A DNA stretch of 64,000 bases from Camelus dromedarius. Its lineage: Eukaryota. A program made the translations under genes and the position numbers. This document shows, one piece after another, positions 1 to 10,428 of this stretch. The notes beneath the pieces are model-generated. The model had not been told where the DNA came from. It was given only the letters and a program-made list of their open reading frames with translations, and did not search any database. Within the stretch, counting starts at the first letter, position 1. Every line of letters starts with the position of its first letter. The DNA is taken from the NCBI RefSeq assembly GCF_036321535.1, contig NC_087436.1:43650001-43714000 (forward strand). Direction: 5' to 3'.

Positions 1-1050
1 TTCCCCTGGGTTACGCTGTATTACATAGCATAGTGAGGCTACAGTTCCCTTTACTGCCTTCTTGTCCCCTCGAAACAATTCTTCATAATCTTTTAAGCCA
101 GATTTTAGGAGATTAAATATTGGCCAGGCAAAAGGGGAGGGTAATCCACGTGTGAGGCACCAGCGGGGGAATGGCCGAATTCATGCTCTCTGCATTGTCA
201 CTTCTCTGTGGCAAGATCACCTGTCTTCACACCTGAGGTCAAGTTATGGAAGTCCTTACTAACCATGCTGAGGAGTTGGGGCTTCATTCTTTGCCACAAA
301 GCTCTAGAGCTCCTCGGATCAGCATGGTAAATTGGCATCAAACTTTCAGTTCCTTCCTCCATCCCCTGTGTCCTAGGGCCATAAACAAAAAGAAGACATT
401 GGGCTGGATCTGGATGAGACACTTGCTAATTTCCACCATGATGGTCCTGAGGTCATAGTCCTCCTCAAACACTTCCTCACTTCATCCTCATGGTGGAAAT
501 ATTCCAGTATCTGACCCAGATTTTTGGCCATAAGAGATTTTCTTTTAGAAATATTGAGCCAGAGGCACTAACTGCTGTTTGTGGCACCAACTGCTGTTCT
601 CGTAGAAAGAATGAAGGTTTAAGGTTCTACAAGGCATCAGCAGAGGCATACCCAAAGGGAGATACCACAGAGAGGCACTGCATTCACAACAAGATCTGCT
701 TTAGTGAACTTCTGTGACCCCAGCATTAGAGGCCTCCAGAATCTGTTTCCAGTGCTGATGCAGCTGGATGCATCTGATGCATCCACAGCTGATGCTCTGC
801 TGATGAGTGTTCTGCGGGGAACTGGAATCTTCATCAGCACTGACTACAGTAAAAACTGCTCCACTCCCATTTAACCAGGGATATTACTGATGAATGGAAC
901 ATGAGTCCTTGGGATGTTTTCTGATACCATATCCAATGCTGGAAGAACATACAGCACAGAATCTGTAACAGGCTCACCCAAACTGTATGTCCACAATCCC
1001 CAGAGCTCCAGATGGGGCACAGGACCAAGAGAGCTAAAACTTCTCTGGGG
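1..1050 (-). pseudogene. Decayed tandem array of KHDC1/DPPA5/OOEP-type (MOEP19-like) atypical KH domains; extends beyond the window's left edge
   Basis: Minus-strand translation with frameshifts gives KNLGQILEYFHHEDEV/EEVFEEDYDLRTIMVEISKCLIQIQP/AQCLLFVYGP (about 545-375). It also gives an open frame 180->1, IRPFPRWCLTRGLPSPFAWPIFNLLKSGLKDYEELFRGDKKAVKGTVASLCYVIQRNPGE. Both resemble KHDC1 as I recall it (PWWTLPxNFHxPMVFHMEEDQEELIFGxxDTYLRCIExHSHTLIQLE..RVTVVGP). A weaker unit PWLN..CIRCIQLHQHWKQILEASNAGVTEVH lies at about 880-700. Stops and frameshifts are present. Confidence 0.55.
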
Positions 1051-1317
1051 CTGTGGGTTGGAATTTCCAGAAAAGGGAAACCAAATTGATAGGGAGCTGC
1101 AGGGTGGGGGTTGGGAGAGCCTACCAGTGCAAAGACTATTATAGTAATGCAGGAGAGCGATGGTCAGGTCTTAAATCAATCACCATTCACGGGCACTGGT
1201 GAAGAGAAAGGGTTGATTCTATTTCAAAGGAAGAAGGAAGAAGACAAGATCAACTAACTGCATGAAAAGTAAGGGGAACAGAGAAACCAAGGAAAATTCT
1301 GAGTTGAACTTAGACAA

Positions 1318-1945
1318 GTGTAATAGATTGATTCCATTAATGGCCCCAATTAAATGGCCTTCCATATGTACACCTTTTACCCTACAATTGTGTTTAGTTC
1401 TCTCCTACTCTGATTTTAGGCTGGGCTATGTGACATGCTTTCATCAATGGGACACTAGCTAGCTTAAAGCGAGCAGTGACTTGAAAAAACTTCTAAGGAT
1501 TTCCACCTTCTTCTGCTTCTCTCTGATCACTATGAGTGTATTCTCTAAGCTTGCTTAAAAACATGCTTAGGCTAGCCTGCTAGAGGGACATGAGAAACAC
1601 GTGCGTAAGAGAGACACCTGAAGAGCCCAATTATCCAATGAAGGTCATCTTAGACCAGCCATAACCAGCTGGCCGTCAAAATGTAAAACCCTAATGCTGA
1701 CTGATTTAAGACCTGACCATCACTCTCCTGGATTACTATCATAGTCTTTTCACTGATAGGCTCCCCCAACCCTCACCCTGCACCCTAGATCAGCAGAGCC
1801 ATGCAACCAAAGGGCAGCTGAACTCACACTCAATGCATGAAACTGGCTGAAACCTGTGAGCCATAATAATGACTGTATTTTAAGCCACTGAACTTTCAGA
1901 GAGAACTGCTTTGCAGTTTTTTTTTGTAGCAACAGAAAACAGATA
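1318..1945 (+). mobile_element. MaLR LTR (MLT1F/G/H-like), interrupting an L2
   Basis: Starts TGTAATAGATTG..ATGGCCCCAAT; ends with MLT-typical ..TTTAAGCCACTGAACTTT..TGTAGCAACAGAAAACAGATA. Confidence 0.65.
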
Positions 1946-1949
1946 GTAA

Positions 1950-2400
1950 GAAACCCTATGGTTCTTTTTACAGACTTTGAAACAGGCAGAGCATTTGAGT
2001 AGAGAAATACAAGTTCAGGTCTAGACATCTTGAGTTTGAGATCATTATAGGACATCTGGGTAAAAACATCCGAAAGTCAGATGGAAACATTAGTCTAGAA
2101 CCAAAAAACATTTTGAGCTGGTGACATACATTTGCAACATCGGCATAAATCGATCTCAGAGAGTACAAAGAGTAAGATTATTATTAACAGCAAAATAAGA
2201 AATTTGGGGAACACTATTTAAAAGGTAGTCAGAAAAACAGAAATTCTCTCCTGCCTCAGAAGAAATACTACAGCAGAATATAAAGAAAAAGAGAATTTCA
2301 AGAAGGTAAGCATGAACAATAATACCAAATGCTTCTCATTTCAGTTAGGATGAGGACTGAAAGATTCTAAGCCTATTGATTATGGAGTAATGTCAATGCA
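1950..2400 (-). mobile_element. L2 LINE fragment
   Basis: Purine-rich L2 motifs (AAGTTCAGGTCTAGACATCTTGAGTTTGAGA, TAGGATGAGGACTGAAA). Confidence 0.6.
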
Positions 2401-3063
2401 GATAGAAAGGACAACATATAAACTCAAATATCCCGTACATCCATATGCCTAACTCCCCTTTGACAGCAGCCATTCAACAAATCTTGCACATCAGTGCTGT
2501 CTTCCCGGGTTTCTTCTTCCTTGCTGTCTCCCTGTCTCCTTCCCTTTTTGAGCCTTTCTGACCCTATTCCTTTCTTCCTCTGATTGTTTTCAGCTAAAAG
2601 GCAAAAGGGAAGTATTTCAGACCTTGGTAGAGGATTGAGGAGATGGGAAAAGATATTCCTGTAAAAGGAGTATTTGCCTGGGTTGGGAATCACAGACTAT
2701 TTGAGCTATTAAGTCCTTTTAAAGTTAAAAAACAATGTTACTCTTAGTGTCTTCTAAGGGAACAACAATGGCCCAAAATGCTATCAGTGAGGAGACATTT
2801 AATATTTAACAATAGCATCTACATATTCAAGGCATATCCAAAAAGAAAATTTAGTCTATAAATATTTGCCTGCTGCCCACTCCCTTTGCCCCAGAGGTGA
2901 AAGCTAGGAATATATGGACTAAACTGAATATTTTAGTAGTTAGATTAAATTTAGCCTCTTAAGTTCATACTACTTTGAATTGTTCTTCAACCATTTTATT
3001 AGATATTTGACACCACAAGGAGGCCTCAAGAAACACCTGTAGAACTGAATTAAATACTTCAGT

Positions 3064-3193
3064 GGGAGAAGGGTATAGCCCAAGTGGTAGAGCGCATGAG
3101 CATGCATGAGGTCCTGGGTTCAATCCCCAGTGCCTCCCCTAAACATAAATAAACCTAATTACCTACCCCTCCACAAAAAAAAAAAAGAAAAAA
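3064..3193 (+). mobile_element. Camelid tRNA-derived SINE (Vic-1-like)
   Basis: GGGTATAGCCCAAGTGGTAGAGCG..GGTTCAATCCCCAG (A/B boxes), AAACCTAATTACC body, A tail; TSD AATTAAA(T/G)ACTTCAGT at 3048-3063 and 3194-3209. Confidence 0.9.
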
Positions 3194-3439
3194 AATTAAA
3201 GACTTCAGTTCTATTTGGACTATTCTTTTAGTTTATAGTTTTGTAGTAAGAGAGAAATGATGCTTTATATCATAAGATATTCAAAATACACAAATTATGT
3301 TTGGTATTGTATAATCACATTAAAATTACACTGTAAAATTACATTTTAAAAATCTGTGCCTGGCACAGATGATGATGACTGAATGAACATTTGATTGGTG
3401 CTCTGTACTAAGTGATGGGTTTCAGCACTGGAAATGTGT

Positions 3440-3939
3440 GTCATTTTTGTTGTTTGTTTGCTTCCTGCTCAGCATCCTTCCCCTTTTCTTTTGATAAAAG
3501 CACTGGTGCAGGTGAGCTACATTCAACGCCTGCCTTGAGTGAGAGAAAAAACACAATCTTGCCTGACCTATCAATGCACCCCACCTCCTCTGGCCATGGT
3601 GATTGGTTTACACACAAGCAGATGATGCAAATGACTCTAGCAAGACTGAAGCATGGGTTGGAACTATTAGGAGGAAATTCTCCTTTCTGCTGGACTTCAG
3701 GGTAAGGGACGTAACCCTTGAGCTGCTGGACACCCTGTTGAGGAAAGAGCCCATCAGAAAGTGAAGTCAATACTCGGAGTAGAAAGCCAAAAGCTGAAAG
3801 GAGATCAAGTACCAATAATACCTTTGAAGCCCATGGATCTGGCAGTTTCTGAAGACAGATACCCCTGAACTTTTCAGTTACATAATACAGTGTGAACTGA
3901 GTTTTTCTCACTTGTAATTAAAGGAGTTCTAACAAAATA
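3440..3939 (+). mobile_element. MaLR LTR (MLT1K-like)
   Basis: CTCTGGCCATGGTGATTGGTT motif and terminal TTTCTCACTTGTAATTAAAGGAGTTCTAACAAAATA. Confidence 0.6.
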
Positions 3940-4101
3940 GTTTTGTGTAATGTGTGTGCATAATGTGTGTATGTGGCAAAATCGCCTGCTTTAAAAGGTC
4001 ATATTTCAAAATTCATGACTCCAATAAATATTTATTAAACACCTGCTATATGTCGATGTATCAGTCAACCAAGAGTAAATTAACTAGGACCATTTCATTT
4101 G

Positions 4102-4313
4102 CAGTGTTTTTCAACATAAGCACTATTATAGTTGTAGGCAAAATAATTCTTAATTGCTCAGGATTATTCCAAGTAGAGAAGGACATTTAGCATCTTTGGC
4201 CTCTGGCCAACATATATATGCCAATAAACCCCCAGTCACTGTGACAATTGAAATTGTCACATATTTCCAGAAGTTCCTCTAGGGGGCAGTACTACTCCAA
4301 CTGAGAATTACTG
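4102..4313. mobile_element. MER20-like hAT-Charlie DNA transposon
   Basis: Terminal inverted repeats CAGTGTTTTTCAA...TGAGAATTACTG; internal CAGTCACTGTGACAA and CTAGGGGGCA motifs. Confidence 0.7.
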
Positions 4314-4659
4314 AACTGAAGCGGAAAGCTCCTGATCATAAAGGAAGGATTTTAGAGCTGTGAGGCATATCCAGTATAAAAAAAAAAACATGTCAGAAGG
4401 ACCCATCAGTGGAAAAAAGTGAGTAGGAAAAGTTGTTCCAGAAGACAGAACAGGGTTATATCTACTATTAGAAGGTAAAAGGCAGATAAGGGTTTCAATG
4501 AATAGATATGTTACAAAATAGCAAATGATTAAAGACAAAAAGAGAAAAAATGCTTGCAGTCACAAGTAGCCAGGAGAAAGATAAACCAAATTAATAATAA
4601 AATAGAGCTTCAATCTGACAAATTCAAAAAGGAGATGTTCAGTAGACAATTGGTCCTCC

Positions 4660-5110
4660 CTCTCAGCAAGGCAAGGTCATAAAAAGGTTAGGGATGGAGG
4701 GCAGTGAGAACTGTTCTAGATTAAAAGAGACCTCAGAAGCAAAACAACCAAATGCAATAAATATGTGGACCTTGCTTGGATCCTGATTTTAACAAATTAG
4801 CTGTAAAAGACATTTTGGGGACAATTGGGAAAATTTAAACATAGACTGGATCTTAGATAACATTAAGAGGTTGTTGGGCTGGGATGTGGCTCAGTTGGTA
4901 GAGCTCATGCTGAGCATGCACAAGGTACTTGGTTCGATTCCCAGTGCCTTTATTTGAAAAAGAAAAAACAACAAAATAAAAGTATAACACTTTTACAACA
5001 TTGTAAACTAACTATACTTCAATAAAAATATATAATAAATACAAAAAAAGTTGTCAATTTTGTTTGATGTAGTTATATAGAAAAACTTCACGTTTTTAGA
5101 GATGTATAGT
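4660..5110 (+). mobile_element. Old L1 (L1MC/L1ME) 3' UTR fragment, interrupted by a SINE
   Basis: GAACTGTTCTAGATTAAAAGAGAC..GACCTTGCTTGGATCCTGATT..AAAAGACATTTTGGGGACAATTGGGAAAATTT. Confidence 0.7.
4876..5049 (+). mobile_element. tRNA-derived SINE head joined to an L1-type 3' tail
   Basis: GGGCTGGGATGTGGCTCAGTTGGTAGAGC..GGTTCGATTCCCAG, A-rich linker, then ACAACATTGTAAACTAACTATACTTCAATAAAAA (L1 3' end). Confidence 0.75.
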
Positions 5111-5623
5111 TAAATATTTAGGGATAGACAATCATGTTTGTAAGCACTCTAAAATATTTCAGATGAAACAAATATGGCAGAATCTTCATAACTGCTAAAG
5201 CTAGGATATTGTGTTAGAGATTCAATTTAGCATTTTAATTCTCTCTTTAACAGCTTTTTAAATTATTTTGTTTAAATACTGCTGGATATATAATTTTTAC
5301 TAGCTACTTTTCTTTATACTAGAAATTTACTATTCTACTTTTCTTTATACTAGAAATTTTTTCATAATAAAATGTCAATTTAAAAAATTAGAACTTTATC
5401 AGAGTTAATTGAAGACATAATACATATGCATCCATTCTACGATTTTCTTTTATTTCTTGCCCTACATAGCTTCTATGTAATGGTAATATTTTAAAATTAG
5501 TTTAACCAATTTCTATTTTTTAAAATAAATGTTTATTTTAAAAAACACTGAAGGACATTAACTGTGCTATAATATTTTGACCTCCCCCCTCCTTTTAAGG
5601 CTGAAGAAAATCTACAGAAACAG

Positions 5624-5760
5624 AGGGGATGGTAAAGCTCAGTGGTAGAGCACGTAGCGTACAGGAGGTCCTAGGTTCAATTCTCAGTACCTCTGTTAAA
5701 AACAAACGAACAACAAAAAGTAAATAAATAAATAAACCTAATCACCTCCCCCCAAAAAAA
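5624..5760 (+). mobile_element. Camelid tRNA-derived SINE
   Basis: A/B boxes, TAAACCTAATCACCTCCCCCC tail; TSD TCTACAGAAACAG on both sides. Confidence 0.9.
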
Positions 5761-6055
5761 GTCTACAGAAACAGCTTAGCCTGCACTTTCAGAACATCAT
5801 TTCCAAACTACCTGAATCCAAAAAATGGGCAAGTTGCTCAATATCTCAATACCTCAATTTCTTCATTAGTAAAATAGAAATAATAATTATTTCATACATT
5901 GTTGAGAAGATCAAAAGAATTAATATTTGTAAAATGCTTAAAACGATACCTGGCACATACAAAACTGTATGTAAATTCTTTTTTAAAAGATCATTTTAGT
6001 TTAGTAACTGACAATTTGGAAGGAAAAAGCAAATTCCTCATGAGACATCCTAAAG

Positions 6056-6236
6056 TAATGGTTCTAAAGCATAATTGCACATTAAAATAATCTGGATTCT
6101 GGGGAGTATTTTAAACTTCTTTGTAGGCCTCAGCCGAGGGAAATTAAATCAGAAACTCTGGGAGCAGAAACTGGGCATCGGCAGTTTGTAAAGCTCCTTG
6201 TGTGCGTCCTGTGAGCAGCCAAGTTGAGAACCACTG
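6056..6236. mobile_element. MER5A-like hAT DNA transposon
   Basis: AATCAGAAACTCTGGG..CAGCCAAGTTGAGAACCACTG terminus. Confidence 0.7.
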
Positions 6237-9200
6237 ACCCAAATTTTACTTTGCATTCATGTGTGGATGCGGGGGTTCCCCATCCCTGTCTGGGCGATGC
6301 CCTATCAAATTCCTGATACCATCCTGCAGTTCAGAACTAACACTGGCTTGAGTGAAGAGGGGATTTTTTTAATAGCTCTGACCCTACGTCTCAGCATTTG
6401 GCTACCCTGTCTTCTAGGGCCATTCTCACTTTATGACCCAGTTCTGAAGTCTGAGAGAAACTGAGTGGTTATCAATAGCCACATTATTATAAGAAGAAAG
6501 TGGAATGTAAATATATAAAAGATCTTCATAATGGAAGAAGTTTCTGATCCAGATAAGAAATCAATATTATGATTATTAATATGACTTATTATCATCCCCT
6601 TTTACAGACATGGTTCAAAGATATTAAGGACCTGTTCAAGTTCACAGAGCTAATAAACAATGTAGACAAATCTTAATCACATGCCTCTCACTCCATGTTC
6701 ACTGCACTTTAGAAAACTGAAACCACAAGTTAGCCCTTACCTGTGCTTAACGAATATAACTTTAGCAAGTGCATATAGAAGGAATTAGATTAGACAGTCT
6801 TAAACTACAAATTCCTGAGCCCTATCAAAAACCTAATAAAATATAATCTCTGGTCCACAATCACTCTAGCTGATACTCATCCTTTGGGAAAAACTGAATT
6901 AGATTCACTGGTTCTCTGTAGAACGCAGAGGGAAGAGAAAATAAAGCATTTTTTTTGTTGTTGTAAATATTATATTTCACTCACAAAGGTGTATGAGATA
7001 TTTACTAGTTTTAAAATTTATCCATAGAATTAATACTCATGTGGAGTATAACACAGTATAACAAAAGTTCAGAATCTATCTGAAAACAAAAACACACCTT
7101 TCTGAGAATCTAAAAATATTGCACATATTAAGGCTGCAATATTCTTGAGGATCTGATATATCCTGGCTTTCTTGAGAGGAGCAGCTCTCTAGGTGATCCT
7201 GATTCATGATGACCACTTGTGCCAGCCCAACCAATGAGGACCACAAATTAGAGGGGACTTACAGTGCAGTCAAGGAGACCAGTTAGAAGATACAAAGAAA
7301 AAAAATCAATGAGAAATATAAAAACACACAAAAGTGACTGGAATAGAAGGAGCCATAGATTAGGGAGCTACAATAGAAAAGAGATCAGTGGGACCAAGGG
7401 CTATCTGATTAGATAAGCAGAGTAAATAAAGTCAGAGATGATGCCAATATTTAGTGACTGTCTAATGGAAGGATGGTGGGGAGGAAATGATCATGAAAGA
7501 GCAAACGTGGGAGTTACGTTAAATTTTAAGTGTGAGTGAGATCTCCAGGGAAAGATCTAAGACAACGGGGTGGCACCAATCACCAAGTAAGCCAATGGAA
7601 ATGTTACAGAAGCATCTCTACAGAAGTATACCTAGAAACACAGATTTAGGAATACTCTGAATGAAAATAGTGAATGAGATCAGTAAATGTAAGACTGTTG
7701 AACATAAAAGCACATATCTTGGACTAGAAGCCCTTAGAGCTCCTCGTGGCCTTCATGGATAGATTCCAAGTGTGCACACAGATATGGAATGCCCTCCAAA
7801 ATATGCTCCTCACCCATCTTCCTAGTTTAGCTACAACCTGCTGTGGATATTTAGCCACACTGAACTTTCACCTCACTGACATTAAGGCCAAAACCAGACA
7901 CGCTGGTTCTTCCTTCAAGACCTGCTCTCTCACTTTCTATTTGAGAGTCTGGTCTATCTTTACGACCATGTCAGCAGTGGGGAAGACTTTCCTGACCCCT
8001 CACTCTCTGGTTGACATCCAATCGACACCGGGTCCTGAGAAATCTACCTACAGAAGGCATCCTGTCTTAGTATCACGAACACAGCTAACAAAGCCAGGCG
8101 TCCAACTCTTACAGCTCTACTGTCTCAACACCCTCTTAGCTGGGATCCTAACTCTCAGTCTAGCCCCTGCAGCCACAGAGAGAGAACCTCCCTCAATTAC
8201 AAATCTAATACTTTCACTTACAATGAAAAAATTGCCTTTGGGATAAAATCCTTAACAATTAACATGACCATTAGGGTTTGGCCTCAGTTTCAAGGCTAAA
8301 GTCTATTCACTTATTTTAGGTCTCAAGTTCAACATTGCCATGATCTTTCTTGGTAGTAGTTAACTCATCACACCTTTAACTGCCTGTCAATTTCATATGC
8401 TACACTAGAGAGTAAACTCATTGAGAGCAGAGACTTTGTCATTCCTAACATAGTACCTAAGCATAAGTACTCAAAATCTTTTGGGTGGTTGGACGACTAT
8501 GGATTCTTCCAAACTTGGCAATCTTTCTTTCTGTTTTAAATGTATGTTTTATATGCCATCCCTCTGCTTAAAAGATGCTTATATCAGTCTTAATTAAATC
8601 TTCAAACCCTTTGACCTTATAAAATTTTTCTTTTTAACTTTCAACTCTGGCATCACTACCTCAGTTCTCACTGTTCACTTTGGAATTTCACAGGACTCCA
8701 AGCATCATAACCTATATCAGTATATATGGCATTGCAGTCGTACCATATTGTAACCACTTGTGTGTCTTTCCCACACTAGACCCTAAACTCCTCATTGTAC
8801 TTACCTGTTTTTAAATGTTTTATTAAAAAGTGCACAAATCATAATGCAGGGCTTGACAAATTTTCACAAACATATCCAAATAATAAGTAATCAGGATAAG
8901 AAAAAAAGCATAAAACACCACAGAACCCATTTTCCAATCTCAATAACTAGTACAGTGTCTCTCACCTTCTCTCTTACATTCACACACACACTAAATGAAT
9001 GAATGAATGAATACATGATTTGGAAAAGGACCAGTCAGATTAATGCATCACAGAAAATGAAAGGAAAAACTTCAAGAGAGAAGAATACCAAGAGTAAGTG
9101 AAGGTTAAAAGAAAGAAAAAAATAAAGGAAAGAAGAAAGAATATATGTTAGACAACTGGTAACTGCTGATCTGAAAAAAAAGTTTTGATAGAAAGTCAGC

Positions 9201-9314
9201 ATGCAGGGAGTCGAAGAGTAAGCAGTTGATAAGGGAACAGAGATAATGGATGTGATTTTAGTGATGAAAGGAAAAGAACACATTGGCAAGATTAGGGAAG
9301 GATTTTAAGGGAAA

Positions 9315-9393
9315 AAGAAAGAAAGAAGGAAAGAAAGGAAGAAAGAAAGACAGGAAAAGAAAGAAAGAAAAGAAAGCCAAAAAAAAAAAAAAA
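9315..9393. repeat. (GAAA)n / A-rich simple repeat
   Basis: Visible directly in the sequence. Confidence 0.85.
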
Positions 9394-9927
9394 GCCTGAC
9401 TAGCAAGAACTCTGAAATTACACTTCTTGGGTTCACATGTTCATATTGCTGGATACTACACATATGACTTTGGACTGCATCCTTCTTACTTCATTTTTCC
9501 ATGTTTCATCCAGTTCCTCATTTGTAATATCAAGTTCATAGTTTGTACAACACAGGGAATACGGCCAATACTTAAAATAACTACAAGTGGAGTACAATCT
9601 TTAAAACTTGTGAATCATTATATTGTGTACCTCTAACTTACATAATATTGTACATCAACTATACTTCAATTTTTCAAAATACTAAAAAAAAAATCATAGT
9701 AATAACTTCACCATAAGGTCATGAGGATTAAATGAGAGACTGTATATAAAATACTGAAGTAGTAAACACTCAACATTTGTCCTTGAAGAATCTCAGTAGG
9801 CAGATAGGCATTTCAAAAAGAGAGAAGAGGTAAGAGGTCAAGAAGATAAAAGAGAAACAGAATTCAATGGAGAGAACACTGCACCAAGATCTTGGAGATG
9901 TGGAGTCTTGTCTCCTCTCTGCCATTA

Positions 9928-10428
9928 TCTAGGGAACAAAGCATGCCAAAACATGGTGCCTTGGCATACTGAATATTTTAAGCTGAAGGAATTTGAGAAA
10001 TGGCAGGTGCGAGAAGGATTCTCTGACCTCCCCTGCCTCTCCTGAAATGTCTTAAGACCCTCATGTGAGAGGTGCCTTCCCTGTACCTGGGGGAAAGGAG
10101 CATCCTTATCTCCAAAGACAGAGGACACAGAGAGGAACAAGCCTTGCTAAGTTTCCCCCCGTTCATTACCCTTAGCTTATACCCTTTTGTCCCATCACAT
10201 TTTCCCATGACTGTCCACTCTTCATCAAACCTAATTCAAAAACTCTCAGGATTAACAGTTTCTTCCCATCTTCATTTCCTTAGGAAGGCTGCCATGTCAC
10301 ATAAAACTTACCTTAAATAAACTTGTATGCTTTTCTCTTGTTAATCTGCCTCTTGTCAGTCCAATTTATTGGACCCCAGCCAGAGAACCTGGACGGCAGT
10401 AGGAAAAAGAATTTTCTGCTCCCCTACA
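9928..10428 (+). mobile_element. ERV1 solo LTR (MER34/MER39-like), copy 1, inserted in a MIR
   Basis: TTGGCATACTGAATATTTTAAGCTGAAGGAATTTGAGAAA, GGAAAGGAGCATCCTTATCTCCAAAG, ends CCCCTACA; MIR resumes at about 10430. Confidence 0.8.

Noticed and set aside
198..480. Resemblance to Ty3/gypsy gag-derived RTL8/LDOC1 proteins (LKV..AL..KE.SP)
   Set aside because: Only scattered residues in a frame with stops; the KHDC-type KH pattern explains more positions and recurs in tandem
3064..3135. SINE heads (here and elsewhere) as tRNA-Ala genes
   Set aside because: They have SINE bodies, A tails and TSDs, with degenerate stems
3441..3911. 156-aa minus-strand ORF
   Set aside because: Antisense reading of an MLT1 LTR
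7746..8246. 166-aa plus-strand ORF
   Set aside because: Lies in decayed L2-like sequence, has a GTG start, and shows no protein resemblance
6735..8810. Strong minus-strand donors CAG|gtaagg (about 6740) and CAG|gtaagt (about 8804)
   Set aside because: No convincing paired acceptor; adjacent to or at junctions of repeat fragments
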